Shown here: in pieces, positions 13,418 to 26,699 of the stretch
Position numbering within the stretch: the first letter of the stretch is position 1
How the letters are laid out: each line of letters starts with the position of its first letter
NCBI GenBank assembly: GCA_013239625.1
Contig: MU056050.1
Location: 2,528,084 to 2,592,083, forward strand
Source of the DNA: Lama guanicoe
Taxonomy: Eukaryota
Length of the DNA: 64,000 nucleotides
Direction: 5' to 3'
The notes under the pieces: generated by a model
Told to the model about the DNA's origin: nothing
Database searches by the model: none
What the model saw: the letters and a program-made list of their open reading frames with translations, nothing else
Made by a program: the position numbers and the translations under genes

Positions 13418-13960
13418 TGTCTCACTTACCTACGGCTGTATAACAAACTGTCCCCAAACTGAGTGGCTTAAAACAACTTGATTTATTATTTCCCAAGATT
13501 CTATGGGCTGGCTGGGCAGTTCTTTTGGTCTCCTTGGACTCACTCATGTGGCTGCAGTCAGCTGGTGGGTCATCTGGGGGCTGGGCTCAGCAGGGACACT
13601 CCCACACCTGGTCTTCTCTCTCCATGTGGTCTCTCATCCCCCAGGGCCTCTGTCTCCACATGGCCTCTGTCTCCACATATCCTCTTTCTAGCAGACTAGG
13701 GTGGACTTTTTTCCATAGCAACTGGGTTCCAAGAGCAAAAGCAGAAATTGCTAGTTCTTTTAAGGCCTGCCTGTGCTCCACAATCCCAGAATGTCATTTC
13801 TGTTGCATTTTATTGGTCAAAGCAAGTTATACAGTCAGCCCAGATTCAAGGGGGAGGAGAAATAGACTTTACCTCTTGATAGGAGGAGCTGTAGCATCAC
13901 TTTGTGAAGGGACGTGATGCAGGGAGGTAGAATTCATTGGAAGCCATTTTAACAATCATT
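13418..13960 (-). mobile_element. MaLR LTR (old MLT1 family)
   Basis: ctgtataacaaactgtccccaaactgagtggcttaaaacaac...ttggtcaaagcaagttatacagtcagcccagattcaagggg. Confidence 0.8.
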
Positions 13961-13997
13961 CAGCTGAAACGTCATCTCTTCATTCATCATCTGTGAG

Positions 13998-14050
13998 ATA
14001 TATGTATATATATATATATACACACACACATACAGAGAGATAGAGAGAAA
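13998..14050. repeat. Compound (TA)n(CA)n(GA)n microsatellite
   Basis: Seen directly. Confidence 0.8.
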
Positions 14051-14259
14051 GATCACATTATCTCATTATTTGTGTCTGTGTCTGTTTGAAGGAGGCAGTG
14101 GTTTAGGAAAACAGTCTGAAAGGACCATGTTCTGTAATCTGACTGGGGAAAGCTCTACTGACGAGATTCAGTTGAAAATACAGTTTGGGGCCAGAACATG
14201 GGGGGATCTTGAATGCCATACAAAGGAATTTAGGTTTTATTTTGCAAGTACTCAGAACT

Positions 14260-15285
14260 GAAGTCAAGAATATCTCTCTCCAAACTGCTTCTCCCATATT
14301 TCCTATCTGGGTGAATGGCAGAAATGAGAATTCACATCTACCTATCTTATTCAAATGGCCTCTAAGTGCTACTTCTTACAATTCCTAAATATTTCTTGAC
14401 TCTGTCCCATCCTCCCATCTACACTGCCATAGCTTTAGTCCAGGACCTCTCTCATCATTTCTCCTCTGACCTATTGTCACAGTTTCCCTGATACTAGTCT
14501 TGCCCCCTTTTCCATCCTGCATGATTCCACTCAAACCATCTGCTAATGTTAGCCGCCTAATTATAAGCCTTCATGGATTTCTACTACTCTCGAGCTAAAG
14601 TTCAAAGTCTTTAGCACTGATAGCACTGATTAGAAGTCTCCTCCACGATTTGGCCCCCGATTAATTTCACTCTACTGCCCCCTGCCCTTGCCCTTCATAT
14701 TTCAGCAATACCAAACTTCTTGTAACTCCTCAATCCATGCTGTCTTATGTCTTGGTGCCTTTGCTCATGCTAGACTGTATGTCAAAAACTATTGCCTTCT
14801 CTGCTTGGGTTACCCCCAGTTTTCTTTCAAGACTCAAGTCTCTAGGACTACTTCCCATACACTCTCTCAATCTCAGTTAGCTGCCCCTTTTATGTGTCGA
14901 GATAGCACCTAGAGCTTATGGTTATCAGAATAACAATAATTATTGATCACTCATATGAATAACTCAATTCTTATACCACCTGCATGAAGTAGATTCTTAT
15001 AGTGATGGCTAATAAATGACAGAGCCAGGATTTGAACCCAGGTGGCCTAAAGAACTACTGTTGAAAGTACTATATTGCTTTCCCGCTCAGGCACAGCACT
15101 CATCACTCTGGATTGTAATTGTCAATTTACCTGTATGTCTCTCCCACCTACTGTGAGTATCTTGAGAATAGAAATTATGTCTCACTTATCTTTTTATCCT
15201 CAGAAACTAACATAGTGCCTGTGACATAATTTATAATCTATAAATATGTGTTGAATGGTTGGAAGGACGAATGAATGAATGACTC
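14260..15285 (+). mobile_element. Degraded L2 LINE (with MIR insert near 14930-15080)
   Basis: L2-like body (ccatctacactgccatagctttagtccaggacc) ending in taaatatgtgttgaatg...gaatgaatgaatga. Confidence 0.6.
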
Positions 15286-15704
15286 CTGAAATTTATGAAT
15301 GATTCCTCTTGCTCTGTTGTTTTAGCCATTTTTTAAAAAATAAAAACTGCTTATAGAACTAGAAACATACTTCAATAAAGACTCAAATTGCATTAAGGAA
15401 AAGAACAGAGGACTGCACACAGGTGATAAATTTTCTGTTTACTGATGTTCTGTCAGCAGTTTAAAAAATGCAAGCAAAATCATTTTATTAAGAAAAAATA
15501 TACAACAACTGAGTGAAGAAGACACTAGATAACAGAGAGTTTAATTCTTCCTTTAATTCCTCCCCATTAAGGTAAGACATGAAATGAAACCTACTCTTAA
15601 GGGAAACTAGAGAAGGACACAAAGGCTGCCTAAGAAAGACATGTCCTTGACCAGAATAAAGATATTAATAATATATAGAATTATAATACAATAACACACT
15701 GAAA

Positions 15705-15950
15705 GGTGGCCTGGTTGTAGTGGAAAGCACATACATTTTGCACCCTAATAGATATGAGTTTGAATCCTGCCGTGGCACTCTCTATGAAAGTCACTTAAGC
15801 TCCCAGGACCTCAGTTTTCTCATCTGTAATATGGAGATGATCATATTTACCTTAGAAGGACATTATGAGGTTTTACAGATCAGACACCATGCCTAGCCCA
15901 GTGCTTGACATAGAATAGGTGGTCAATAAATGGCAGTTTCACTTATTATT
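15705..15950 (+). mobile_element. MIR SINE
   Basis: gtagtggaaagcac...gagtttgaatcctg...cctcagttttctcatctgtaatatgg...ggtcaataaatgg. Confidence 0.8.
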
Positions 15951-16034
15951 TACTTGGCCATTTATACACCTCAAATACATACATATTGTCTCAACGTGAG
16001 TTAGGGACAGAGAAAGAAAATATGTCATGAAAGC

Positions 16035-16205
16035 CTGCAGTATACTGTGAAAAAAGCACTGGACATGAAATCAAACTGACCAGGGGCTCAATCCTGGCTC
16101 AACCATTTCAGAGTTGTGTGACCTGGGGCAAATTCCCTTCACCTCTCTGATCCTCAGTTTCTATATCTATAAAATAGAGATAATAATACGTATTTACAGA
16201 ATGAG
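16035..16205 (+). mobile_element. MIR SINE
   Basis: gtgtgacctggggcaa...cacctctctgatcctcagtttctatatctataaaatag. Confidence 0.75.
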
Positions 16206-16670
16206 GGGTTTCATTCACTTACACAACAGGTCTAAAAACCAATTAGAAAACTAAAGTTCAGTTTGTGAGCTCTGGAAGAAACAAAGCTTGTACTTATGAA
16301 TAACAACCCAATTTAGGAGTCACAGGCATCAAAAGGCTCAAATAATCTGGTGCGATCCCAAAGACTTTGGAAGAAATTTTTGTAAAAAGAATATGAAGTA
16401 TTCTGGAAAATGGGAAATAAGAATCTACCTATTTCTGCCTAAGATGGCTTCAACAGTACCTGAATACTGGAGACGTGGTGTCTCAGAGGGTTCATCGAAA
16501 AAAATTAGGTCCTGGATTTGCAGAACTGAGTTCTGGATCCTGAATTATGTTGATTCTCTCTAATGTACAGTCTCTTTGAAAAGTTCTGTTTGGGTGGAGA
16601 GCTGGCTTCTTGTCATACTATCTCAATTTCTAGACTCTCTGTCAAAAAGCAACAGTTTGGGGTGAGGGGC

Positions 16671-16812
16671 GGGGAGGGTATAGCTCAGTGGTAGAGTGTG
16701 CGCTTAGAATGCACAGGTCCTGGATTCTGGCCCCAGTGCCTCCATAATGAAAGATCAATCGATCAATCAATAAACAAACTTAACTACACTCCCCCCTCAA
16801 AAAAACCACAAC
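16671..16812 (+). mobile_element. Camelid tRNA-derived SINE
   Basis: ggggagggtatagctcagtggtagagtgtgcgcttagaatgcac, followed by an A-rich tail. Confidence 0.85.
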
Positions 16813-16904
16813 AATTCATAAGATTACATACAAACCAAAAAGACTAGCTTAAAACTTTACAATCAGTTTTCATTAAACTAGTTAATTCTCTCCCATCAAA
16901 AGAA

Positions 16905-17328
16905 GTACATACATTGCACTTCTAGCAGAGAAATACACCCACATGTACAGAAAGATGTTTACTGTAGAACTGTTGTTAATAGTAACAAGTATGGAACAAC
17001 CTCAGTGTCCATCAACAGGAGAATGACTAAATAATATGTAGCTTATTCATTCAACAGAACACTATACACTGGTTAAAAGTCATGAACTAGCGCATGTATC
17101 AACTGGGATAAATCTCAAAAACCTAACTGTTTGAAAACCACAAGCCACAAAAGGATATGTATGATATGAAACCATTTGTATCAAATACTATGATACAATC
17201 CTATGTATTTTTCTCTATCTATTTAGGTAAAACTATTTAAAAGATTTATCTGGAGGAATGCTCATCAAACTCAAAAATGGTTATCTATGAGAAGGGAGGG
17301 AGCAAGTTGGGGAGGTGGCCAAGGAGAC
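16905..17328 (+). mobile_element. Old L1 (L1ME-type) 3' region, interrupted by the MLT2 LTR and resuming at ~18170-18260
   Basis: ggaacaacctcagtgtccatcaacaggagaatgactaaata...ggataaatctcaaaaac. Confidence 0.7.
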
Positions 17329-17731
17329 TGTGACGATTTATTTTATGTGTCAACTTGACTAAGGCCATGGGTTTCCCAGATATTTCATCTAAGATTATTC
17401 TGGGTGTGATTGTGAGGATATTTTGGGGTGAGATTAACATTTGACTCAGTAGACTGAGTCAAGCAGATTGCCCTCCCTAAAGTGGGTGATCCTCATCTGG
17501 TCAGTTGAAGGCCAGAATAGAATAAAAAGGTTGACCCTCCCTCCTGCCTGACTGAGTGAAACATCAGCTCTTCTTGGGTCTCCAAGCTTGTCTGCGCTCG
17601 AATTGGAACTAGACCTTTGGCTCTCCTGAGTCTCCTCTCCTGAGTCTCCAGCTTTCCAACAGCAGATCTTAGCATTTCTCAGCCTCCATAACTGTGCTGA
17701 GCCAATTCCTTATAATCAATCAATCTCTTTG

Positions 17732-17750
17732 TCTCTCTCTCTCTCTCTCT

Positions 17751-17781
<31 letters not shown>
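17732..17781. repeat. (TC)n(CA)n microsatellite
   Basis: Seen directly. Confidence 0.9.
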
Positions 17782-17783
<2 letters not shown>

Positions 17784-17800
17784 TACCAAATACATATATA

Positions 17801-18100
17801 AGTTTGTTTGTTTGTTTATGATGGAGGAGGCAATTAGGTTTATTTATATTTATTTATTTGTTTGTTTGTTAACAGAGGTACTAGGGATTGAACCCAAGAC
17901 CTTGTGCATGCTAAGCATGAACTCTACCACTGAGCTATATCTTTCCCACCTTTTAAAAACTGTTTTAAAAATTTTTTTTGAGGAGGAGGTAATTAGGTTT
18001 ATTTATTCATTTGATTTTGGAGGAGGTACTGGGACTTGAACCCAGGACCTCGTGCATGCTAAGAATGCACTCTACCACTTGAACTATACCCTTCCCCCCT
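17801..18100 (-). mobile_element. Head-to-tail dimer of camelid tRNA-derived SINEs
   Basis: Two reverse A/B-box units; perfect 13-bp TSD aaatacatatata at 17788-17800 and 18101-18113. Confidence 0.9.
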
Positions 18101-19679
18101 AAATACATATATAGATACACATGCAGATCCTGTAGGTTCTGTTTTTCTGCAGAACACTGACTAATACAAGGATTTTACCTTTATCTTTTTAATGTTCTGA
18201 TTTTTTTCTAAATGAGAATGGATTCATGTATTATATTTATTATTAACCTTATTTTCAAAGAACCAAACTATGTCAAGCCTGTATTATTATTCTTAGTTAA
18301 CAGATAATGAAACTGAAAGGTTAAATGATGGGCACAGTCCTTCCCCTCAGCAGCTCCCGCATACACATTCGCACTTGCAAAGAGAAATGAAACATTATAA
18401 AATAGCAGTATTTGGAGCTCCTTTTTAGGACATAGAAATTAAGGGTATTATCATTTCTTGATTTTTCCTTCTCACCTTCTTTTCTCAGATCTTCCACACC
18501 AAAGGAATGAGCTCACACACAAAGAGGAAGAGAGAGGAGGCAACAAATGTCTCATAGACATGGTAATTAACTCCATGTTACTTTCAAGGTTTGAGGATGT
18601 GCCAAAAGTTGTCTGACCCCCAGAGTGTGGAGTGAATACTGCTTTGGAAGTCATTGACAATCAATGCTTCAGAAACATAATTCATGGGCACAGTAGCTAG
18701 ACAACAACATTTGCAGTGGAAAATTCCTCTCACTCCCAGGTTAAAGGCTAGGAATAATTCTTCTAGACAGGAAAAATGTGCTTTGAAATATGTAAGAGGG
18801 AGGCAGAAAAAAATTAAAAGGGGGGAAGTCTATGGGAATACTTATAAAATATTTGCTCTCTTGACTCTCTTGGCTATATTTTCGAAGAAAAGATATATTG
18901 ACATGAAATCTGTGGGATTTCCTACTTCACTAAAAAGGGAAAGATAAGAATAAAGGTGTTTCTTTCTGTTGTCAGCAAAAACAGAAGCCCCCTTTCCACC
19001 AAACTAAGAAAAAGCCATTGCATCTTAGATCTTGGGAGGTCTTGTGTAACTACTTGAATGTCTGCAAACAGGGAGATAGGACAGTGTCTTTTCTCCTCTG
19101 CCTTGCTCCAAATCAATGGCTTGACCTTTAAATTAAAAACGTGGGACTAGTTGTTACACAAATAAAATGTCCTATTATTCAAGTAGAATTATGCATCTTT
19201 TCAAACGTGATCATTTATCAGGATACTTCTGAAAGCTGTTTTCAAAATTCTTCCTTTTCCCTGATTAAGCACAACTTTCTTTAAACAATATAATTTAAAT
19301 GCGTAAACAACAGTACTACATTCCAAATGGTTATGTGGACTTATGGATTGAATTTGGACATGGTCTCTCAAGAGACTGTATATGATGTGCTTATACAAAT
19401 AGATGCTGATAATATTTTATTGTGAAGTTTTCATTACTTTTATATGTAGAAACTAATTTTTTTAGGTTGTATCAGGGAGCTTTTATTAAATACCCAAGTG
19501 CATTTCAACTGAAATGAAAATGGGTTTCTGAATGTCACAGAATCTTTATTTTGTATTATTTGTATAAATATTTAAAATTACAGTCAGAGCTGTTTATTAT
19601 ATTGGAGATCCAAGACACATGTTTCAGCTTTATAACATAACTTTTCTCTCTTTTCTTCTTCTTTCAAAACTTATGCTTT

Positions 19680-20600
19680 AAAAGTTATGAAATGTTTTAC
19701 AAATGCAGAGAGATATAGAGAATAATATAGTAAGCTTCATTGTACCCACTACCCGGCATTGTCAAATCTTAAAAATTTGTCATATTTACTGAAGATCTTT
19801 TTTTTTAAGAAATAAGAATTTACATTATAACTGAAAAATTGTGCTCTACACTGGAATTTGACACAATAATGTAAAATGACTATAACTTAATAAAAAAAGT
19901 TAAAAAAAAAGGAAATAAGAATTTACAGATACAGTTGAAGTGTCCTGCCTCCATTCATTTCCCCTGTCTCACTTTCTCAGAAGGGGCCACATCTGTGGAT
20001 TTGATGCCTGTCATTTCCATGCATGTTTTCAAATTTTTACTACATATGTATTTATCCAAAAACTATATAGAAATTTGTTTTGCATATTTTAAGCTTTATT
20101 AAATGGTATCATACAATCAGTAGTAGAGGTAGTACAGTGCAGTGAATAAGAGCACAAACATTGTGGCCAGAGGCAGTCTAGAATATCTGCTGTACATGTT
20201 ACCACTTGTGTGGACAAATTACTTAATCTCTCTGTGCTTCATTTTTCTCATCTATAAAATGGAAATTCATAATGATACCTACCTCATAAGATTATTTTAA
20301 GGATTAAATGAGTTGATACATACAAAGCACTTGGAACATAATAAACTGAGCGTGATGTGTTAGCTATTATTCTGCACCTTGCTTTTTTTAACATGATTTT
20401 TGAGATTTATCCATGTTGATACATGTAGCATTAGTTCATTTTCACCACTGCATAGTAGTCCATCATATGAATATAGTACAACATATCTACTCTTCTGTGA
20501 TGGACATTTAGGTTGTTTCCATTATAAAAAGTGCTGCAATAAACCTTGTACATGTTTTCCTGTGCACATACATCAGAGAATTTCTCTAGATCTAAATGTT
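19680..20600 (-). mobile_element. Old L1ME-type fragment hosting a young L1 tail and a MIR (~20125-20370, +)
   Basis: gagatttatccatgttgatacatgtag...gatggacatttaggttgtttcc; MIR core cttaatctctctgtgcttcatttttctcatctataaaatgg. Confidence 0.7.
19825..19911 (+). mobile_element. Young, severely 5'-truncated camelid L1 3' end
   Basis: ataactgaaaaattgtgctctacactggaatttgacaca...A tail; 16-bp TSD gaaataagaatttaca (19809-19824 / 19912-19927). Confidence 0.85.
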
Positions 20601-22938
20601 TGCAGCTATCCTCCTGATCATCAAAATTACAATATAGTTGAAGTAATGATGTCATGATAGCAAATACTGGTCTCATTAATTTTTGATTGCCTTTTATTTT
20701 TAACATACTGCTATCTGCAAATTGAAGGATAGAACCTGACCTCCAATGCAACAGCATACGATTTTTCACACGTGATAATTAGACTTCAAAGGTTTTGCAG
20801 TCTATGTCACAACAGTTGTAGCTAATGAATGTCTTTTCAAACTCTGCCCGTTTTGTTATTTCTTCTTGGGAAAATACTGAATTGGTCAAGTCGGTGTTTT
20901 ATTAGTCTTAACTTGCTGAATGGTAAGCTGTAAACCTTAAGAATGTTTCAACAACTCATAAAAGAATAAAGACCCCAGTTGAAAGTCTCTGATGATTAGG
21001 ATCTTAGACTACTAACCTCATTAAGTTTCATTTGGTAGTCCTTTTGAAAAGGTATTCAAATTTTATCATTTTCTCATTGTGAAGAATGTAAGAAAGTGTT
21101 ATTTTTTTTAAATAGGGACAACTTCTGATAGCCATTATTTTTTGCATTGTCTTGTGCTATTCATTAATACACTTCTCCCTTAAGAATATCTAAATGGCTA
21201 TAATGTTTTGCCCTGAAATGTGACTTTAAATTGATTCTCAAAGTGTTCTATAAACCATATTTAAATCTGAAAGAATAAAACCTCAGTACGGACTCCAAGG
21301 CTGATCTCATTTTATAATTTGGCACCTAGACATTTGGATGTCCCACCCTCTGAGAAACAAGTCATTTACTTTCATTGTTGGTAGCCAGCTCTTCATTTAC
21401 AGCTCTAAGAAAATACATGTCAGGTTTTATAGCTTCGTAAATAAATCGAAAGGCATCTTTGACAAAAAAAAGAGAATGTGAAAGGCATTGCACACTAATG
21501 GATACATCAAGTGTTTATTGAGCACCAAATTTTATGTATTGAGCAGCTACTGTGCTAGATAGATGTTCCTACTCTCGGAAAGAGTAAGCATACTAAATTT
21601 GGCCAGGAAGCAGGAGATTATGATCTATAATTCAAATCTGGTCTGGCAAGCGTGTTCTCTGGTGGTGTAGAGAAATAGCTCCGGGCCGTGGATGAGAGGA
21701 CAAAGGTGTGGCTCCTAACCCTGTCACTGGACATTGTGTTAAACTGGGGACATTAATCTTTTGGTCTTCAGTTTCTCCTTTGAAAAACGAGGTGGGGTTA
21801 GTCTGGAGGCTCTTCTGTGTATCTTCCACACAATTCTAGGAACAGTAAGGAAGGCACCAACGTGGAATGTGGTCTTCAAGAGAGACCTTATGGAGAACAT
21901 GAGGCTTCACAAAGTCCCACACAGAATTCAGGTGCCTGGGAGGCAAGCAGTGTTTGGGGATAACTGAACTGGTTCCTACTGCTAGATATGTGATTGTTTT
22001 TAGTTTATAGTGTGCCATAAATAACTATATAACTAAGGTAATGTATATATTTACCTACCTTTTTTGAGTTTTGAAAGGTATTATTTTCCAGTGATTAGAA
22101 GATAACATATTAAAAATATTATTATTTCTACTGTTATTTTTGAGTATTTAGCAGCACTAGGTTTTTTTTTTTTAATTTATCAACTCAGGTTAAGAGCGAA
22201 ATAGAATAACCCATCAATTATAATAACACAAAAAAATGTCATGAAACCTTTCTTGCTGAACCATTTGAGTGTAAGTTGCAGTCGTAATGCCCCTTTACCA
22301 TTAAATACTCCAGTGTGTATCTCTTTGAAAGACATCGGCTTAAGTAACTACAATGTAATTATTAAAATCAGGAAATTAACATTGATAGAAACTTGTTATA
22401 TACTCTACTAGACCTTATTCAAATTTTGCCATTTGTCCCAATAATACCCTTTAAAAAGAAAAAAAAAGGTTTCGTCTAGAATCTGATTCAGCATTTTCTA
22501 TATTTGGAGGATAAAATGTATTTTCTCAGAAGTTTCTATCTCTATCCCTCTTCCACTTCACAAATCTCCTTTCATCCTTTCTTCACACTTCTTAATCTTT
22601 CCACAAGCATTAATATCCGGTATTTAACATTAGAAATGTTATCAGCATTACGACAGTAAGCTTGCTACCAATGACAGACATCAAATGCTGACAGTGGTTC
22701 TAGTATTTGGATTTTACTTAATATTGGTAGTTACTAGTAAGAAACATTGCATTTAAATTCAAGGAGTAGTCTGTTGTTATCAATATTAGTGTCCCTATTA
22801 GTTGTTAATATGACCTTGGCTTTATAAGCTTGTTTGCATGCCAATAAAAGAGAGTCTCATTGGACGTTCTGGGCAATGCTAATTTTAACCAAATCATCTT
22901 CAGCAATATAGAAAAACAGCCTAAAAATGTTTATTTTG

Positions 22939-22962
22939 GGTGTGTGTGTGTGTGTGTGTGTG
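22939..22962. repeat. (GT)n microsatellite
   Basis: Seen directly. Confidence 0.9.
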
Positions 22963-23629
22963 TATTGTGTATCTGTTATTCTGCTAACAATAATGCTTCT
23001 GCTTCCAAAAACTATTCCTGTTTCTATAAAAGGTAACACCCTGCAACAGTTTCACAACAGCAACAAACAAAATGAAGAATAATGTAGCCATTAAATGTGT
23101 ATAGGTTTAAAAAGATGTCTCCTGAACATACTGAAAAATCCTGCATCACAATAGGACCTTTAAAGTAATCCATAAGTTTGAGTTGATAGGTCTGCCTATG
23201 CCTTGATAAGTCTTTTTCGTTGTTATTAAATGTTGGCTCAAAAAATAATGCAAATGTCATCTGTCTATGTAAACAAATCCTGTGACATGTTTAACTACTT
23301 AATACAAATAACTAGGACCAGTGCCAGCATTAAGTGATGAAAGAATTAGCTGCTGATAGGAATAAGTTATTTTGGCTAGTATTTCTCAAATGATTTAAGC
23401 AGAAGGTAGTTTTCTCCTTGAAATTTCCAAATTTTCATATCAAGTTTCAACTTTGCCTCCATGGAGATCTGGCCATTCAGTGAAGGCTCTGTCTCTACAT
23501 GCAAAAAGCAAAAAAAGAAAAAAAAAGGAAAATAAAATGGATTATTAAATAAAGACAACAAAGATGTTCACTGTAATTATCATCTTATTTCAAGCTAAAA
23601 AGCACATATACCCTGTCTAAACCCTGACT

Positions 23630-24235
23630 ACATTTTTACTGCTTAGTCCAAGCCCCATCATCTCTCAGACTGTCTAACCCTTTCCAATCCATCTTCCAGA
23701 GACATCTCTCTAAAATGTGAAAATAAGCCTGTGGCTCCCATAGCTCCCCATTGCCTATGGGATAGCAAGCTCCTCTTGGATGGGGTTCCTGCCTATACGT
23801 CCAACACAAAGTTCTCCAGCTCTCCTTTTAATAGAGCTCTATGCATTCTGCTTCCCAGGTGTAAATCAAATGAACTACTTGTAGTTCCAGGAGGAGAGGG
23901 GCTCTCTCTTTTGACTTTCCATGCCTTTGTTCACCCTCCTCCCTGGGCAAAGCTCTTTATCTGTTGTTTGCCTGATGAATACTAATCTTACCTTGCTTAT
24001 AAACCCTCTTCTGACTCCTGCCCACATTCACCTTTGGACACACATTCTACTTTGTCAATCTTCTATAATAGCAACTATAACACTTGATTGGATTTATTTG
24101 ATCCTATCTTTTCTTAATAGGTTGCAAGCTCTTTGAGGTCAAGGACCATGAATTATTCATGTTTGTATCATCAGCTCCTAGCCTATTTTGTGTCTGGCAC
24201 ACAGGAGGCACTCAGTAAATATTGTTGAATGAAGA
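23630..24235 (+). mobile_element. Degraded L2 LINE 3' part
   Basis: gctctttgaggtcaaggacc...gtctggcacacaggaggcactcagtaaatattgttgaatgaa. Confidence 0.65.
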
Positions 24236-24260
24236 ACAATTGTAACTAGAATTATCTAGA

Positions 24261-24450
24261 TAGCCACTGCCCAGTACGTAGCCACTAGCCACATGTGGCC
24301 ATTTACATTTAAATTTTAATTAATTAAAATTAAAAATTCAGCTCCTTGGTTGTACTAGCCACATTTCAAGTGATCAGTGGCTACTTGTGGCTACCATACT
24401 GGACAGCATAGATTACGAATATCACAAAAAATTCTAATACATAGTGTTGC
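24261..24450. mobile_element. MER3/MER33-like hAT-Charlie element
   Basis: gtagccactagccacatgtggcc...tagccacatttcaagtg...gtggctaccatactggacagc; flanked by tctaga-containing sites. Confidence 0.8.
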
Positions 24451-25029
24451 TCTAGATAATTCTTTATTCTCCCATTTGAAGTTACTAAACATTGATTTTC
24501 TACTATATGCTAACATTTGTGCTAGGCATGATGGTTACAGCAAATGTGAACAAAACATGACTACTACTATTATTATCTGCAAGGCATTCAAAATCCGGTA
24601 GGGAGAAGCCTCGCAGAATGAGAGAGATTATTTCCAACTTAGGACATTGGGGAAGGCTTTATGTAGATATTCTCATTTAGAATGGGCATTTAAGGATGAA
24701 GAGAATTTGAATTGGGCAAATCCAGGGAAAGGAGAGAAAATAGAGTGAGCGAAGGTGTAGAGGTGGGAAAGTACTAGGAAAATGGGAAGTAATTTCGTTT
24801 TCTTAGAAAGTATGGTGTATGAGTAGGGAATAGTTGTTTAGTTTATTCATCGATTCCTCCAATCATCCAACACATATTTTTTGAACACTTATTTCAGGCT
24901 CCGTACATAAGTGCTATACAGACATTGCCCCAGCAAAGTCCAGTTATGAGTGATGAGATTTGGATAAGAGTGTGGAAAGTGCTAAAAACTACCCTAAAGA
25001 GTTTGTACTTTGTTCCTTGGGCCCTCACA

Positions 25030-25200
25030 CTCAAAGGGTGGACTTTAGACCCAGCGTCGGCTGGGCATGAGCTGAGAGTTTGTCAGAAATGCAGACTCTG
25101 AGGTTCCACCCTAGTTAGCCTCAGACTTACAGAATCAGAATTTGCATTTTAGCAAGATTCCCAGGCTATTCTTCAGGACATTCATATCTGAGGAGCATTA
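25030..25200. mobile_element. MER5A-like fragment
   Basis: tgtcagaaatgcagactctgagg...agaatcagaatttgcattttagcaagattccc. Confidence 0.65.
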
Positions 25201-25304
25201 TTGTAGGCCAACTGAGCCAGTAAGAGAGTAGGTAAGTGAATGAGTTAGAATAAGTGAGGGAATAAGAAGGAAGTAAGGAAGTAAGCATAAAATTAGGAAG
25301 TAAG

Positions 25305-25429
25305 CTCATAGCGAAAAAAAATGTGACAATGAAGATACGTATGTTCATACATAACTGAAAAATTGTGCACTGGAATTTGACACAACATTGTAACATGACT
25401 ATAACTCAATAAAAAATGTTTAAAAAAAG
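25305..25429 (+). mobile_element. Young truncated camelid L1 3' end
   Basis: Same tail as 19825 and 55258; TSD taggaagtaag (25294-25304 / 25430-25440). Confidence 0.85.
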
Positions 25430-25904
25430 TAGGAAGTAAGGTAGTATTCTAATGAGGATTGGGTTGGATGCAAAGAAATGGGACATAGGACTATCACTGC
25501 AGCTCAGATGAGAAGTAGGAAGGAGCGGATGTGAGACACTGAATCTTTTGTATATACATATAACTTCAGTTTCATTAACTCATACTGGAAATATTATATG
25601 TTAGTCACAGTAAAAAAAATCAGCAAATTCAATAATATGGTATTTGAGATGTCTTAGAAGGTGCTAGCTATTTGTTTTAGATAAGGCCTATTGGTATGTC
25701 TAGTCCTGTTGACGCCACAGTCCATAGTCTACTCCTGGGTATCAAAGTGTCAGCCCCTTAATCATATAAGTTCATAGAGGAGTGATAATAAGGATTTCAG
25801 AAATTAAGTAATTGTATCCCAGTTCACAAAAAATTGATTTGTACATGAGAAATTCAACCTATTAATTTATAATTTACTAACCAGAGTTTTTTTAATACCA
25901 GCAT

Positions 25905-26685
25905 TAAATTTTTTATTACTTTTTATTTTGAAATAGTTAGAACTCACAAGAAGTTGCAAAAATAATAGAGAATTCCATGTACCCTTCACATAGCTTTTCC
26001 TAAAGAGAATAGCTTACAATACCATACTATGTTGTCAAACCCAGGAAATCGACATTGATACAGTAGTATTAACTAAAGTACAGACTTTATTCAGATTTCA
26101 CCAGTTTTTTCACACAGTTCTGTGTGTATGTGTGTAGTTCTATAAAATGTTTTCACATGTGTAGATTTAAGTTAACATCACAATCAGGATACACAACTGT
26201 TCTATCACTACAAAGAAACTCTCTCCCATTACTCCTTAATAGTTACACCATTTCACCAACCCTAACACTGAGCAACCACTGACCTGTTCTCCATCTCTAC
26301 AATTTTATCATTTTGAGCATTTATATAGTGGAATAATACAGTGTGTGCCTCTTTTGAGATTGGCTTTTTCCACTAAACATAATGCCCTTGGGGCCCATCC
26401 AAGATGTTGCATGTATCAATAGCTCCCTTTTCATTGCTGAGTAGTATTCCTTTGTATAAATGTAACATAGTCTTTTTAACTATTTACCAATTTATGGACA
26501 TTTAGGTTGTTTCCTGTTTTGGGTGACTACAAGTATAAATTCGCTATGAACATTTATGTACAGGTTTTTGTGTAAACATAACTTTTCATTTCTCTGGGAT
26601 AAATCATCAGGAGTAAGATTGCTGGGTCACAGGGTAAACGTATGTTTACATAAGAAAGTGCCAAACTGTTTTCCAGAGTAACCAG
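25905..26685 (-). mobile_element. L1MC/MB-type 3' fragment
   Basis: ctcacaagaagttgcaaaaataatagag...cattgctgagtagtattcc...gtgccaaactgttttccagagt. Confidence 0.8.
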
Positions 26686-26699
26686 TATAAGATCTTAAA

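Larger units (their letters stand above)
17329..18168 (+). mobile_element. ERVL solo LTR (MLT2 family) containing a microsatellite and a SINE dimer
   Basis: TG...CA termini: tgtgacgatttattttatgtgtcaacttgact ... gttctgtttttctgcagaacactgactaataca. Confidence 0.85.
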
